The position numbers and the translations under genes were made by a program. Below are positions 11,648 through 24,146 of a stretch of DNA of 64,000 bases, in pieces. The DNA comes from Octopus sinensis. Lineage: Eukaryota. Within the stretch, counting starts at the first letter, position 1. Every line of letters starts with the position of its first letter. Below the pieces are notes generated by a model that saw only the letters and a program-made list of their open reading frames with translations, had not been told where the DNA came from and did no database searches. The stretch is from assembly GCF_006345805.1 (NCBI RefSeq), contig NC_043003.1:8928001-8992000 (forward strand), written 5' to 3'.

Positions 11648-12087
11648 TATAATATATGGATTGTTTTTTATTCCATTTTTCGTTTCTTGTAGATTTCCTT
11701 GTTTTGTTTATTCTCCTCGCAATGTCGGCACCTTTGTCGTATTGCGCACGTTTTCTTGTGCAGCAAAGCCTTGGCGCTCTGATCGCCGTCGCTCGCCTGA
11801 GACACTGTAACCTTGCACCACGTGCGTTTGCACAGAAAATGTTACGTCGTCTGCTTTGTACATGTTATTCCTCTATACTACTATATTGGGTGTGTAGTTG
11901 TGTGTATGTAGTTCAGCATACACAGCATAGTGTCTCCTACTGTTAGTGCAGGCTTGTGCGCGCCCGTGCACACACTCTATATATTCACACATGCATTTGC
12001 ACCTGAGCACTGTATACAATAATTTCGTTATTATTATTTCATTATTATAAGTGTGCGTGTGTGTGTGTGTGGTGTGTGTATATATAT

Positions 12088-12247
12088 AGGCGCAAGAGTG
12101 GCTATATGGTAAATAGCTTGCTTCCCAACCACATGGTTCCGGGTTCAGTCCTGCGTGACACCTTGGGCAATTGTCTTCTACTATAGGCTCGGGCGGACCA
12201 AATCCTTGTGAGTGGATTTGGTAGACGGAAACAGAAAGAAGCCCGGC

Positions 12248-12280
<33 letters not shown>

Positions 12281-12568
12281 CGACGGGCTTCTTTTGGGGG
12301 GACAAACACACACACACACATACATACACACACATATATATTATATATATGTGTGTGTTTGTGTGCCTGTACCCCAACATTGCTTGACAACCGATGCTGG
12401 TGTGTTTACGCCCCCGTAACTTAGCGGTTCGGCAAAAAGAGACCGATAGAATAAGTACTAGGCTTACAAAGAATAAGTCCCGGGGTCGATTTGCTCGACT
12501 AAAAGGCGGTGCTCCAGCATGATCGCAGTCAAATGACTGAAACAAATAAAAGAGTAAAAGAGTAAAGA
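12088..12568 (+). mobile_element. SINE A, full length
   Basis: Near-consensus, with an expanded central microsatellite. Confidence 0.92.
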
Positions 12569-12829
12569 CAGTTGCGGAGCAAGTGAACAAACAAGGACGA
12601 AGGAAGACGGCTCATGTTTAAGGCCTTTCCTTCTAAAGATTATATAGAATCGCAATCACATGGTCTCTGTGTGAGAATGCAAGCAGACATGATTACGGCA
12701 CATGAAACACACATCATTTATATTATTAAAAACTGCAAAAAAAAAGAGAAAAAACAATTAATAACATACAATGGTATAACTACAAAAAAATCACTGAAGA
12801 AATAAAATAAAATAAAAGCCTTTAGCTTG

Positions 12830-13340
12830 TGTGTGTGTTTTTTTTCCCGCTCTTTTCGCTCCGTCCAAACAAAGTGAAAGCGCAGATACTAACGCACGTG
12901 TGTGACTTGCGAAACCAAGATGGAGGCTGCAGAAGGCCGCCACCGTCGTCATGGCAGCGCTTGCTGTAATTACTACTACAATGGCGATGACGATTACTAC
13001 TACTATTACTACTATTATTATTATTGTTGTTATTAACGCATATCACTTTTCCGCTACATCACCACCGTCTCTGTCAGACCGCGGACAAAACACTCGTCTA
13101 TGTAACATACCAAGCGAACTTGTTTGACATCATGGTATTCTGATACTTCGAGTGAGAGAGAGGGAGGGAAAGAGAGAGGAAAGTGCGGTGAACACTGACT
13201 GAATGGCGTGCCTTGATGGTGGTGGTGGTGGTGGTGGTGGTGACGTTGGAGGTGTGTCTCATATTTCCTTTCATCGATACGTATAAAAAAAAAAAAATGC
13301 GATCGCAGCCAGCCACATGACTCGCTTTTAAGTGCACGTG
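12830..13340. promoter_or_regulatory. CpG-island-like segment
   Basis: CpG-rich unique sequence with YY1-like CAAGATGGAGGC at 12916-12927, trinucleotide tracts and a GA-rich stretch. It lies just left of the CpG-depleted domain. Confidence 0.3.
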
Positions 13341-14899
13341 TGTGTATGTGTGTGCCTGTGTGTGTGTGTGTGAGTGTCTACGTATTTAAAAGCTTACGTG
13401 TAGTTCTGGGACTTTTTTTTGTTGTTGCTATATTATCGATCGCGAACTTCCCGATTCTACATTTTCCCATCAAAGTGACCCCGCACATTTCTATTACTTA
13501 GTCCTAAACCAACCCTTTTCAAAGAGAACAATGACGAAAGACTTTCCCAACTCAACCTTTTTCGAGTATCTAACACTACATTATCGTACTTGTTACAAAG
13601 GTTAGCAGTGAAGATTTGGTTTCTATTTCTAGCAGGATATGCAGTCACTTTGTCTCGTCTTACTTTCATTCCCTTTTGTAAGGTGGTTGGGAGTTGTGTA
13701 ACTAAATAGCTGCTATTTCAAGCCGAACAAACAACCACTTTGTCGCGTCTTTCACCCCACTTTTTAAAGATAGCTAGATAGCTGGTGGTGATGTGACTGC
13801 TATTTCTAGCAACTGTGTCTGTCTCATATTTCTTTTCTCTCTCAGCAGTAAGCAGTAATTGATTCTATACAACATAGAGGTTACTGGAGTGATTTCTATT
13901 GGAACTTTTCGTTGTTATTTAACTCAAGGCCAACCCGATCGAAGAAAACCCACGATGAAAAGACAATTTCACTGTAATCTGCTTGTTTTTTTCCTGCAGA
14001 CATAAATTTCTGTATAAAAGATAGTAGTGTGACATTTGAGAGAATTAACTGGCTGCTATTTCTAGCAGGTCGGGGGGGGGGCTACACCGTAGTCGTTATT
14101 TCATTGGTCCGTTTTGGAAGAAGGAGCAAGTGAACAGATAGATACACATTACATGCGGCGATCCTTCGGTATTGGTCTGCAGAGTGTCAGTACGAGCAGA
14201 CAACCTCATTCAGCCTTTACCTATGACATGAGGGGAATATTATGCGGATGGACGACGTTGTGTACCAATACCGAAAGATTGCGATTGCCCTTACACGCGC
14301 GCGTATGTATGTATATATATACATGAAGCTGAGGAAGAAATAGCCAAGTAATTTGCTTAGCTCAGATCAGCTCTGGCCGAGCAAACATGTGACCGAAGGC
14401 GCTCCAGCCGTGACCTTCCTGTTGTTTTAAAGACAGAACGTGATTTGAAGGAGTTCTGACTGTTATTTCGTTCGTTGCTTTGATATTCCAAGTAGCAAAC
14501 TGCCCTGGCTGCTCAGCAACCACTACGACGTCGGTTTTGTTGCAGCTCGCTCCCGGGAGACATGCGTTTCCAAGCACTTTGCTGCAGTGAAGTCGGGTTG
14601 TCTTGGGGCTAGACAGACAGACATACACCCTTTGTAGTCGTTTCGAGCCCCAGTTTTTCCTGTCTGGGAGTGGTTCGTGTGTTGTTCAGTCGGGAAAAAT
14701 ATTAAAATTACATCACACGTCTCACATGTTATGCATGTATTTTTTTTTTTACCGGGCATAAATTATGTAAGCGCTGCGTACTGCGTGAGGGACTCGCTTT
14801 ATACGGCATCACAAAACGAAGCACCGAGCAGGTTATGCTAAAAGCACAGGAACATTAATGTTTCTTGGAAAATATTTATCTTTCACTTGTTTACTATAC

Positions 14900-15050
14900 G
14901 CCCATGCTGGGGCACCACCTTGGAATGTTTAGTCGAACGAATCGACCCCAGTACTTATATATAGGGCTGGTATTTATTCTACTGTTATCCGTCTGTTTTT
15001 ACGGAACTGCCACCGGTTGACAAGGGGTGGGGAACATAATCACGCAGACT
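14900..15050 (-). mobile_element. old SINE A 3' fragment
   Basis: CATGCTGGGGCACCACC...AATCGACCCCAGTACTTA. Confidence 0.6.
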
Positions 15051-15528
15051 GATTAAAAGGACAACTTTGAGCCTAAAACCTTAAAACCTGTAAAGATTAA
15101 GGGGATCAATTCTGGTAGTGAATCAGGTTGGAAGAAAACTCGGGGGTTCATATAGCCGCATGGTTGAGGTTACATTCTCACTGTGTAAACACTGCTGGCT
15201 GGTGTTTTGCACTGTAGCAGTAAGTTGACCAATACTTTGGGAGTGAAATTTGGTAGATGGAAACTGGAAGAAGCCCATATGCGTGTGTGCATGCATGAGT
15301 ATGTGTTGCCATTGTTTTGATACCTGCATGCTGACCGTAAACAGAAAGTTGCCATTTTATACAAACGGCGTCATTTGTTTACAATTATCTGTGAAAACAT
15401 GTCTGGGCTGTTGGTTGTTTGACAGGCGAGGGAAAATATTATTTTGTTTGGAAACAGGTGTGAGTTGGTGACAGGAAGAGCATCCATCTGTAGAAACCTG
15501 TGGCATTGGAGCAACACATATTAAACCC

Positions 15529-15734
15529 TTTTTCTCTTTTACTCGTTTCAGTCATTTGATTGTGGCCATGCTGGAGCAACACCTTTAGTTGAGCAAATCG
15601 ACCCCCAGGACTTATTCTTTGTAAGCCTAGTACTTATTCTGTTGGTCTCTTTTGTCGAACCGCTAAGTTACGGGGATGTAAACACACTAGCATCGGTTGT
15701 CAAGCGATGTTGGGGAGACAAACACAGACACACA

Positions 15735-15776
<42 letters not shown>

Positions 15777-15944
15777 TGCGACGGGCTTCTTTCAGTTTCC
15801 ATTTACCAAATCCACTCACAAGGCTTTGGTCGGCCAGAGGCTACAGTAGAAGACACTTGCCCAAGGTGCCATGCAGTGGGACTGAACCCGAAACCATGTG
15901 GTTCGTAAGCTAGCTACTTACCACACAGCCACTCCTATGCCTAT
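15529..15944 (-). mobile_element. SINE A, full length
   Basis: Reverse complement match. Confidence 0.92.
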
Positions 15945-17449
15945 GAACTTTTCACTCAATGTTAGTATAAGAAAGCTAATGCAAAAATGCTGCTGCTGTT
16001 TATCTTACCTGTGAGGATAAACATTGGTATTTGAACAGGGAACTGAAATGTAGTGGTTCTTCAGACCTCCATGGAAATCAGCATTTTGCTTTCTCCTCCT
16101 TTATAACCAGCTACAAGAAATAACTAGAAATAATAACCAAATCTCTCTTACTTCACATTCTACTATTTAAAAAAAAAAAAGAAACAACAATAAGCAATGT
16201 AGTAATTGGATATTGAAAATGGAGAGATGGTCATGACATGAAACCTTTTAATTTGGTGGTCTGCTCAACCAGGACTGACCTGGGGCTAAATGACAACCAA
16301 CAATAATGACGACACACGTGGTGCCTATTGGTTACTAGCAGCTAAGCCCGGTTTCACCCAGCCTGTTTGGATGATGTGGGTGTGATCATTTTCGGTTAGG
16401 TATAATCTATAACAGCGTTTCTCAACCTTATCATTTCGGGTCCCCTGTTTTGATTGGAGCCTGCAGCTGTACGAAAATTTTTTCTCCTACCCCTGTTAGA
16501 AAACAGCTTCAGATCGATTTTCTCAGTAAGTGTGGGGGTTAGGAAAAAAAATACAAACTGCATTCCAATCTATGCACCCGTCTCCACATGTGTGCCATTT
16601 TTCATGCAAATCCACCCAGCCGTTTGGCTGTGAACCTCAAGACAAGAAAGAGTACAACAATCACCCATGTCCAATTTATATTATAGATGACCATTGACAT
16701 AAGGGAGATAACAACTGCCTCAGCGCAATTACATGAATCTGTAAGTGGTGGGTAACAACTAACAGAATTTAGTTTAGTGAGAAGATGTAAAACCAAGTTG
16801 CTCACTTGGATCCAAGTGATGTAACAACCTACCATTTTTGTTAGCCAATCACCTTAAATGAGGTGCCTGGGCCTTGGGGTACCTTAACCATCCAGGAAAG
16901 CTGCAATGCAGACAACAGCACAGAAGGGTATCCAGGAGATCATGAGCTGGATGTGGCCCTGGCCCCTTAGAGTGTAAGGAGAGCTTCTCTAAAGACCTTC
17001 TGTTCTGTTTTCCTTAGCATTTCCTATTCCCTATTATTTTTTAAGGGAATCTAAAGTGAGGCACTGTATCTTTCATGCCTTCCCATTTGCAGTGTCAGCT
17101 GTTATTGTCATTTCGCCCCAGATCAGCTCTAATTGAGCAGACCAAGGATCAAAGGTATTCCGGCCATGACCATGCAGTTTTTTTTTTTACTTGTATCTCA
17201 GGAATGCAGGACATCTTTATGGAACTTCTTTGCAAACATGGTAGGGTATGACTTGAACGAATGAGACAGCTATTTCTAGCAAGTTGAGTGACCATGTTGG
17301 TTCTCAGAATGTCAGTGAAATGAAATGGGAATCAAAACTTGGTTGGGTGTTGGTGTGCTTGGAACTCTCAGAAAATTCCTGAAAATAATAACAACATTGA
17401 TTATAATAATTTCCTCACATTCGATGACTGGCACCCGGTCGTTGCCAGT

Positions 17450-17822
17450 GCCGCTGGACTGACTCCTGTGCAGGTGGCAAGAAACACTGTTTCGAACCTG
17501 TGCTTGAGGAGACCTACTGAGTCAAGTACATCAAAATCAAAAATCAATGGAAATTGTAGTTGTGATCCCTGTGCTGGTGGCACATAAAAAGCACCATCCG
17601 AATGTGGCCATTGCCAGCCTCGCCTGGCACCTGTGCCAGTGGCACATAAAAAGCACCCACTACACTCTCGGAGTGGTTGGCGTTAGGAAGGGCATCCAGC
17701 TGTAGAAACATTGCCAGATCAGATTGGAGCCTGGTGCAGCGTCCTGGCTTCCCAGACCCCGGTCAAACCGTCCAACCCCTGCCAGTATCGAAAAAGGGAC
17801 GTTAAATGATGATGATGATAAT
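17450..17822 (+). mobile_element. family C: RTE-LINE 3' tail
   Basis: Consensus ...GGTGGCACGTAAAAAGCACCCACTACACTCTCGGAGTGGTTGGCGTTAGGAAGGGCATCCAGCTGTAGAAAC...CCAACCCATGCTAGCATGGAAAGCGGACGTTAAACGATGATGATG. Variable 5' truncation and (GAT)n tail. Confidence 0.85.
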
Positions 17823-18530
17823 GATAAAAGTAATGTTCAAGATTTATAAAAGACATCAAAGTGGAAATTGTTATTTATGCCTACTTTGGAATTGGAACTC
17901 GATGATGATTTTCGGGTTTGCATCATATCCGTTTACTTTTGTTTCTATCAGTCATGGGATTGTTGCTCATTCACAACCCTACAAGCACTGATAAATAGTC
18001 AAGAGAATATTTCGAAACCAATCTGAAGTCACAGGATGCTTTAGTTGCCAATTCTTTTAGCAATCAATGATCAGCAATTATGTCAGGCCCACTTGCCTGG
18101 TCTGTTTCTGAGTTACCAAAGACAAGATGCTAGCAGACAATCATTAATATTGATTTCCTGCACAGACGCAAAACAATATCATCAAATTTACAGGAAAATG
18201 AAAATGAAACGATGTTGTGATGTTCATGCTTTCCCAAAGTACTTTAAGTGATATGGGTGAGAAAACAATTACTAAGAGTGAATTAGTCATCATTCATTGG
18301 AAGCAGTCCTCCTCTACTCTTCTTCAAATTAATATCGGTCTACGACAAGAAGCAGAGAGAGACCTACTTTGCAGATATTCCTGTAACTCTTTTGGTACAA
18401 ACCCACCTGAAACAGTCTTTGGTTCTATGACAACTTCTTGTTTCAAACTGATCTAAATGAAACTCTTTCTTCAAAAGCTCATTCTAATTCATGTTCCAAA
18501 GAGCATCTTAATAATTCTTTTATCATCATC

Positions 18531-18958
18531 CCTCATCATTTAACGTCTGTTGTCCATGCTGACAAGCTGGAAGGCTGCCACAGGTTCCAGTTTGCTTTGG
18601 CATGGTTTCTACAGCTGGATGCCCTTCCTAATGCCAACTACTCCAAGAGTGTAATGGGCGCTTTTACATGCCACTGGCACGGCACTGGTATCTGTTACGA
18701 CTGAGATTTTTCTTGGCTTGATGGGTCTTCTTCTCAAGTACAACATAATGCCAAAGGTCTTGGTCATTGCCTCTGTGAGGCCTAACACACGAATGGCACT
18801 TTTTACGTTCCACCAGCACAGGTGCCAGTTATGTGACACCAGCATCAGCCACGACTATGATTTCTCTTGGCTTGATGGGTCTTCTCAAGCACAGCATATC
18901 ACAAAACTTGAGAAGATGTAAAACCAAATAGTCATTGCCTCTGTGAAGCCCAAAGTAC
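18531..18958 (-). mobile_element. family C copy extending into RTE ORF2 C-terminus (duplicated end)
   Basis: Upstream of the C tail the minus strand reads VLGLTEAMTKTFGI.., similar to the RTE ORF2 end LGL.E.M..DR..W. This segment occurs twice (~18690-18790 and ~18850-18955). Confidence 0.7.
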
Positions 18959-18960
18959 CA

Positions 18961-19080
18961 TCTATTTGTTTCAGTCATTGGACTGTGGCCATGCTGGGGC
19001 ACCGCCTTGGAAAATTTTTAGTTGAATGAATCAACCCAAATATTTCTTTTTAAGCTTGATACAGCCACTCCTACGCCTAT
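18961..19080 (-). mobile_element. internally deleted SINE A
   Basis: A tail is joined directly to the head end ACAGCCACTCCTACGCCTAT. Confidence 0.7.
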
Positions 19081-19284
19081 GGTAGCAAAAGTTTTTTAAG
19101 ACATCGTCAAGAGTGTCCAATTATAAAATGGTAATAAAAGACAGTGAGATGACAGTCAAGAGTAGCATTGGATGTTTTATGGTGCCCGAATTACGGTTTG
19201 TTTAAGTTATATTCCTCAATCCATACTAAAAATGACTTTGCTGGACATTCACCCGAAGTTGATAAAATAAGTACCAATGATAAG

Positions 19285-19600
19285 ACAATTGCTTCTTTAC
19301 CATGTGATTTCTGGTTCAATCCCACTACATGGCACCTTTGGCAAATGTTTTCTGCTACAGCCCTGGGCTTCCTAATGCTTTGCAAATGAATTTTGTTGAT
19401 GGGAAGTGTAGAAGTTTGACGTGTATGTGTGTATACACACGGACATATATTTTTGTATGTATGTATATGAGTGTCTGTGTTTGTCCTCCACTCCTTGACA
19501 ACCAGTGTTGGTTTGTTTATGTTCCTCTAACGTAGCAGTTCAGCAAAAGAGACCATGAGAATAAAAAAAAAAGTACTGGTACCAATTTGTTCACAATGAA
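19285..19600 (+). mobile_element. old SINE A (CpG-decayed)
   Basis: Diverged match with consensus CpGs lost. Confidence 0.75.
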
Positions 19601-19642
19601 CAAAATATGATATACACAGCCCTAAATATTATTAGGGCCTTC

Positions 19643-19860
19643 AAGGCGGCAAGCTAGCAGAAATGTTAGCACGCCGAGCAAAATGCTTTACATCTTTACG
19701 TTCTGAGTTCAAATTCTGCTGAGGTTGACTTTGCCTTTCATCCTTTCAGGGTTGATAAATTCAGTACCAGTTGCATACTGGTGTCGATCTAATCGATTAG
19801 AAACCCCACCCCACCCCCAAATTTTTCAGGCCTTGTACCTAGAGCAGAAAAGAATATTAT
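19643..19860 (+). mobile_element. SINE B, single unit with alternative tail
   Basis: B head plus tail ...CAGGCCTTGTACCTAGAGCAGAAAAGAAT. Confidence 0.8.
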
Positions 19861-20344
19861 TAGGACCCTCATATAATTATAGACAGTTAAGGTGCCTAAA
19901 TACAAAGTAAAAAGGGATTGCTGGTTCATAGCTTATAGTTGATGTGGGCTAAGTCTACCTAGTAAGTACCATAACCTGTTACTGAATGAAGTACAAGCAT
20001 TGTGAGAGTAGCATACTGAATAATTTTGTTGACCTGTAGTTTTGATGAAAGACATCTTTCTGAAGTCTGTTCAACTAATTAATAATCCATTGATGGCTCT
20101 ATCCAATTAGTAAAAGTAAAGCAATTGACTTTAATCATTGCAATTAGCAGAGATAAATAATTATTGATTTATTAATCCTACATTTATAGATAAAAATTTG
20201 GAAGATACCAGATTATTTTCACGGGTAGCAAAACATGTACACATTTGCAATAATCATAGAGGAGAATATTCTCTGGCCCATGTGTGGTTAAGAAGCTTGC
20301 TTTGCAAACACTACAGCCTTGGGGTGACCAATGCTTTGTCAGGA

Positions 20345-20990
20345 AATTTGGTACACGAAAACTGCACGGTTGTATTAGATGCACCCCAATTTCATCATCA
20401 TCATCATCGTCACCATTTCATGTCTGTTTTCTATGCTGGCATGAACTGGATGGTTTGACAGGAGCTGGCAAGGGTGGGAGCCATTGTCTACTTTGGCAGG
20501 GTTTCTACAGCTGGATGCCTTTCCTGATGCTGACCACTTAAAGTGTACTGAGTGCTTTTTATGTGGCACCAGCACGAGTACCTTTTATGTGACACCAGCA
20601 TGGGTGCTTTTTACATGGCACCAATATGGGTGGTTTTATGTGTTTCCAGCATGGGTGCTATTTACGTTGCACCAGCAACAGTGCTTTTTATGTGGCACCA
20701 GCACCAACAGGGTTACTAAGTACCTTGCAAGACAAAACCCCCTCAACTGGGAGGAATGAAGTAATATTGAGGGGATGGGGGTGGCTTTGTGCCAGTTGAG
20801 GGATTAAAAATATAGATGGTCAGAGATAGATGCTTTAGTGCATGGTCATGAAGAAGTAGTTTTTAGTGTCTTAAAAAAGTATATGGAAGGCCAAACATAA
20901 CATATAAGACCTGTGATGAATTTTCCTTGAGACATATTTTAGGGGGAAAAAAAAAAGGTATCATATGCCATCAGATATGGTCCACATCAA
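20345..20990. mobile_element. degenerate pogo/Tc1-like MITE with nested C copy
   Basis: 20345-20395 is the reverse complement of GAAATTGGGGTGCATCTAATA (also at 31241). Right end ...CATATGCCATCAGATATGGT at ~20965-20990. Confidence 0.4.
20394..20745 (-). mobile_element. family C (RTE tail)
   Basis: Reverse complement with internal GGCACCAGCA sub-repeats. Confidence 0.8.
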
Positions 20991-21164
20991 CTACACCTAG
21001 TTGACACTATTTTTACTGCTCCGAAAATATGTTAAACTTCTGAAATAAACAGTAAATATGTTACCATATGCAGAAATTTGATGTCGTGTTAACTGAGATG
21101 AAAGGTCAATCACAGCAGGTTGGTGGGGGGAAAACAGCCGCATGTTGAAGTCATTTGCTGATGT

Positions 21165-21345
21165 GACACTATGAGTTAGCTGCACTGGGTCAGACATGTA
21201 ATGCAAACAGACGACCCCCTACAAGGTGAAAAAGTCGACTAGCAGAAAAACAGAGAAGATATAGGAAGAATTGTTGAGGAGGACTTAGGGCCTTACAGAC
21301 CAGATAACAGAGGACTGAGAAGGATGTTAATAAGATGTGCTGTAG
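21165..21345 (+). pseudogene. degenerate RTE ORF2 C-terminal fragment
   Basis: Reads S*LHWVRHVMQTDD...REDIGRIVEEDLG, a weak match to RTE LRW.GHVMR...W...V..DL. Confidence 0.4.
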
Positions 21346-21625
21346 GTTAGTCCTGTTAGCATATGGTGGGGAGAGCTGCTGTTAATGATGTGAGTAGAGA
21401 AAAATAAATATTAGCTAAAAGCCTATTTTGTGGGTGGTAACTGAGAAGCTAGCATTTCAGTGTCTGTCAAGTTTTGCATTTGTTCTCATAAGCCAAACAT
21501 AATTTTTGGTTGATGTTGTGAGAGTTAGGTTCATTACCATACAAGTTATTGATGCTTGCTGCCTTCCGACTTGTAAGAATGTGACATAATTAGCACGACA
21601 AGGATTCCATTTCATCCGATCAATA

Positions 21626-22022
21626 TCATCATCATCATCGTTTAACATCCGCTTCCCATGCTAGCATGGGTTGGACGGTTCAACTGAGGGCTGGCGAACC
21701 AGATGGCTGCACCAGGCTCCAATCTTGATCTGGCAGAGTTTCTACAGCTGGATGCCCTTCCTAACGCCAACCACTCCAAGAGTGTAGTGGGTGCTTTTAC
21801 GTGTCACTGGCACGGGGCCAGTCAGGTGGTACTGGCAACGACCTCGCTTGAATCTTTTACACACGCCACCGGCACAGGTGCCAGTAAGGCGATGCTGGTA
21901 ATGATCACGCTTGAATGATGCTCTTAATACCCTACAAGCACGGGGTTCAAGTGCCAGTAAGGCGACACTAGTACTGATCACACTCGAATGGTACCTTTTA
22001 AGTGCTACTGGCACGGAAGCCG
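21626..22022 (-). mobile_element. family C with 3'UTR sub-repeats
   Basis: C tail plus repeated GCCAGTAAGGCGA..CT.GTA.TGATCAC.CT.GAATG units. Confidence 0.85.
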
Positions 22023-22226
22023 GTTAGTTGCGCTGAATACTGGAATGGTTTCCCATAGCTTTTTCAAGGCACGTGGGATTTGAACTCAAAAGACGTACCA
22101 AAAAGTATTTCTGCTGCCATGCCAATAATTTGCTCACTCTCACTCGCAAAGCAATGCGAAATGAAGTGTTTTGCTTAATACAATATGCTGCCTGGGTCAG
22201 GAATCGAAGCCATGATCTAGTGAACT

Positions 22227-22458
22227 GTTTCGTTACCACCCACAAGGGGCTAAACACAGAGGGGACAAACAAGGACTGACAAACGGATTAAGTCAATTAT
22301 ATCGAACCCAATGCGTAACTGGTACTTAATTTATTGACCCCGAAAGGATGAAAGGCCAAGTCGACCATGGCGGAATTTGAACTCAGAACGTAACGTTAGA
22401 CAAAATACGGTTACGCATTTCGTCCGGCGTGCTAACATTTCTGCCAGCTTGCCACCTT
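22227..22458 (-). mobile_element. SINE B, full single unit
   Basis: Head to tail match. Confidence 0.9.
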
Positions 22459-23002
22459 TTTTTGTACCTTGTCATATATGTGTGTGTGTGTGGTGTGTGT
22501 GTGTGAGAGAGAAGAAAAAATGAAAAAGATCAATGAAGATGGAGGGGGAGAAATAACAGAAATGGTAGGCCTGTGTATGATGTCACCAAATGTAGGACTT
22601 TGGCGGGGTGGGTGGGTAAAGTTGCTACTGTCATACTCTGCAAACATCTGCAGCTAAATGAGCGTTCACCCCACCCCCCTCAATACGCCACTGCCACTAA
22701 GTCCCACTAGCGCCATCAATACTCCACACACAGACCTCTACTTTCCTCCACTTGTCTTAATCACCCCCCCTTTCTTTTCCATATTAACCCCCCTCCACCT
22801 CTCCCTGTATCCCACTCACCTTCAATTGTCTTTCATTCCTTTGTTTTCTCCCTTTTCATCACAACCAGACGTACTGTTGACCTTTCTGACCTCTAGCATT
22901 CATGTAACTTGTGAGTGGGTCAGATTTTGTTTCATATCTCTATCTGTCTAGATTTGTCTACATACACACATAACACATGCACATAAATACATACACACAT
23001 TT

Positions 23003-23141
23003 CATCATCATCATCATCGTTGATGTCTGCTTTCCATGCTAGCATGAGTTGGATGATTTGACTGAGGACTGGTGCACCAGATGGCTGCACCAGGCTCCAA
23101 TCTTGATCTGGCAGTGTTTCTACAGCTGGATGCCCTTCCTA
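23003..23141 (-). mobile_element. family C, short
   Basis: (CAT)n tail to GGATGCCCTTCCT. Confidence 0.85.
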
Positions 23142-23299
23142 TAATAACTGAACCAATCTTTGTATCCAGTATGAAGGTGAAAATTTTACTAAGAATCTGA
23201 GTGTTTAGACAAGCAGTTTCGTCGTTAAGTACCCCAATTCAGAACAATTACAATGATGCTGAACCAATGAAAGCATGAAGACATAATATTAAGTCTTTT

Positions 23300-23615
23300 A
23301 CCCTTTGACTTATTCTTTGGAAGCCTAGTACTTATTCTGTTGGTCTCTTTTGCCGAACTGTTAAGTTAACGGCAAACACACCAACATCGGTTGTCAAGCG
23401 ATGTTTGGGGGACAAAGACACACAAACATACACACACACATATACATATATATGATGGGCTTCTTTCAGTTTCCGTCTACCAAATCCACTCACAAGGCTT
23501 TGATCGGTTCGAGGCTATAATAGAAGACACTTGCCCAAAGTGTCATGCAATGGGACTGAACCCGGAATCATGTGGTTTGTAAGCAAGCTACTTACCACAC
23601 AGCCACTCCTGCCCA
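23300..23615 (-). mobile_element. SINE A, 3'-truncated
   Basis: Reverse complement match. Confidence 0.88.
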
Positions 23616-23644
23616 TGTTTCAAAAAAATAATTGTTTCTAATTT

Positions 23645-23828
23645 TGGAACCAGACCAGCAATTTTGGGGAGAGGGGGAGTTGGTTGATTACATCAATCCC
23701 AGTACTGAACTGGTACTTATTTTATTGACCCAGAAAGAATAAAAAGCAATGTTAACCTTAGTGGGATTTGAACTCAGAATGTGAAGACGGAAGGAATGCC
23801 ACAAAGCATTTTGTCCAGCATGCTAACA
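23645..23828 (-). mobile_element. old SINE B (alternative tail)
   Basis: Diverged B with CpG loss. Confidence 0.7.
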
Positions 23829-23964
23829 AAACTTTCATACATACATTTATTGTTTTGCTTAAGCATAGTGGTACGACTAACCTGATGTTAGAACTCGATA
23901 TGCTTTAGGAAAAAAAGCATTGAGTATAGAGCAGCAATAAGATATCAATAAATGCCAAGGGAAT

Positions 23965-24146
23965 AAAAAGCACCCACTACACTCACGGAGTGATTGGCGT
24001 TAGGAAGGGCATCCAGCTGTAGAAACACTGCCAGATCTGACTGGCCTGGTGCAGCCTTCAGGCTTCCCAGACCCCAGTTGAACCGTCCAACCCATGCTAG
24101 CATGGAAAGCGGACGTTAAACGATGATGATGATGATGATGATGATA
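23965..24146 (+). mobile_element. family C
   Basis: Near-consensus with (GAT)n. Confidence 0.9.

Noticed and set aside
11656-11946. CpG-rich short ORFs on both strands
   Set aside because: No homology recognised and no clear splice sites. May be regulatory or UTR, but unsupported.
20178-20225. WD40-like peptide IKIWKIPDYFHG after a plus-strand acceptor
   Set aside because: Weak donor, stop shortly after, and no supporting neighbouring exons.
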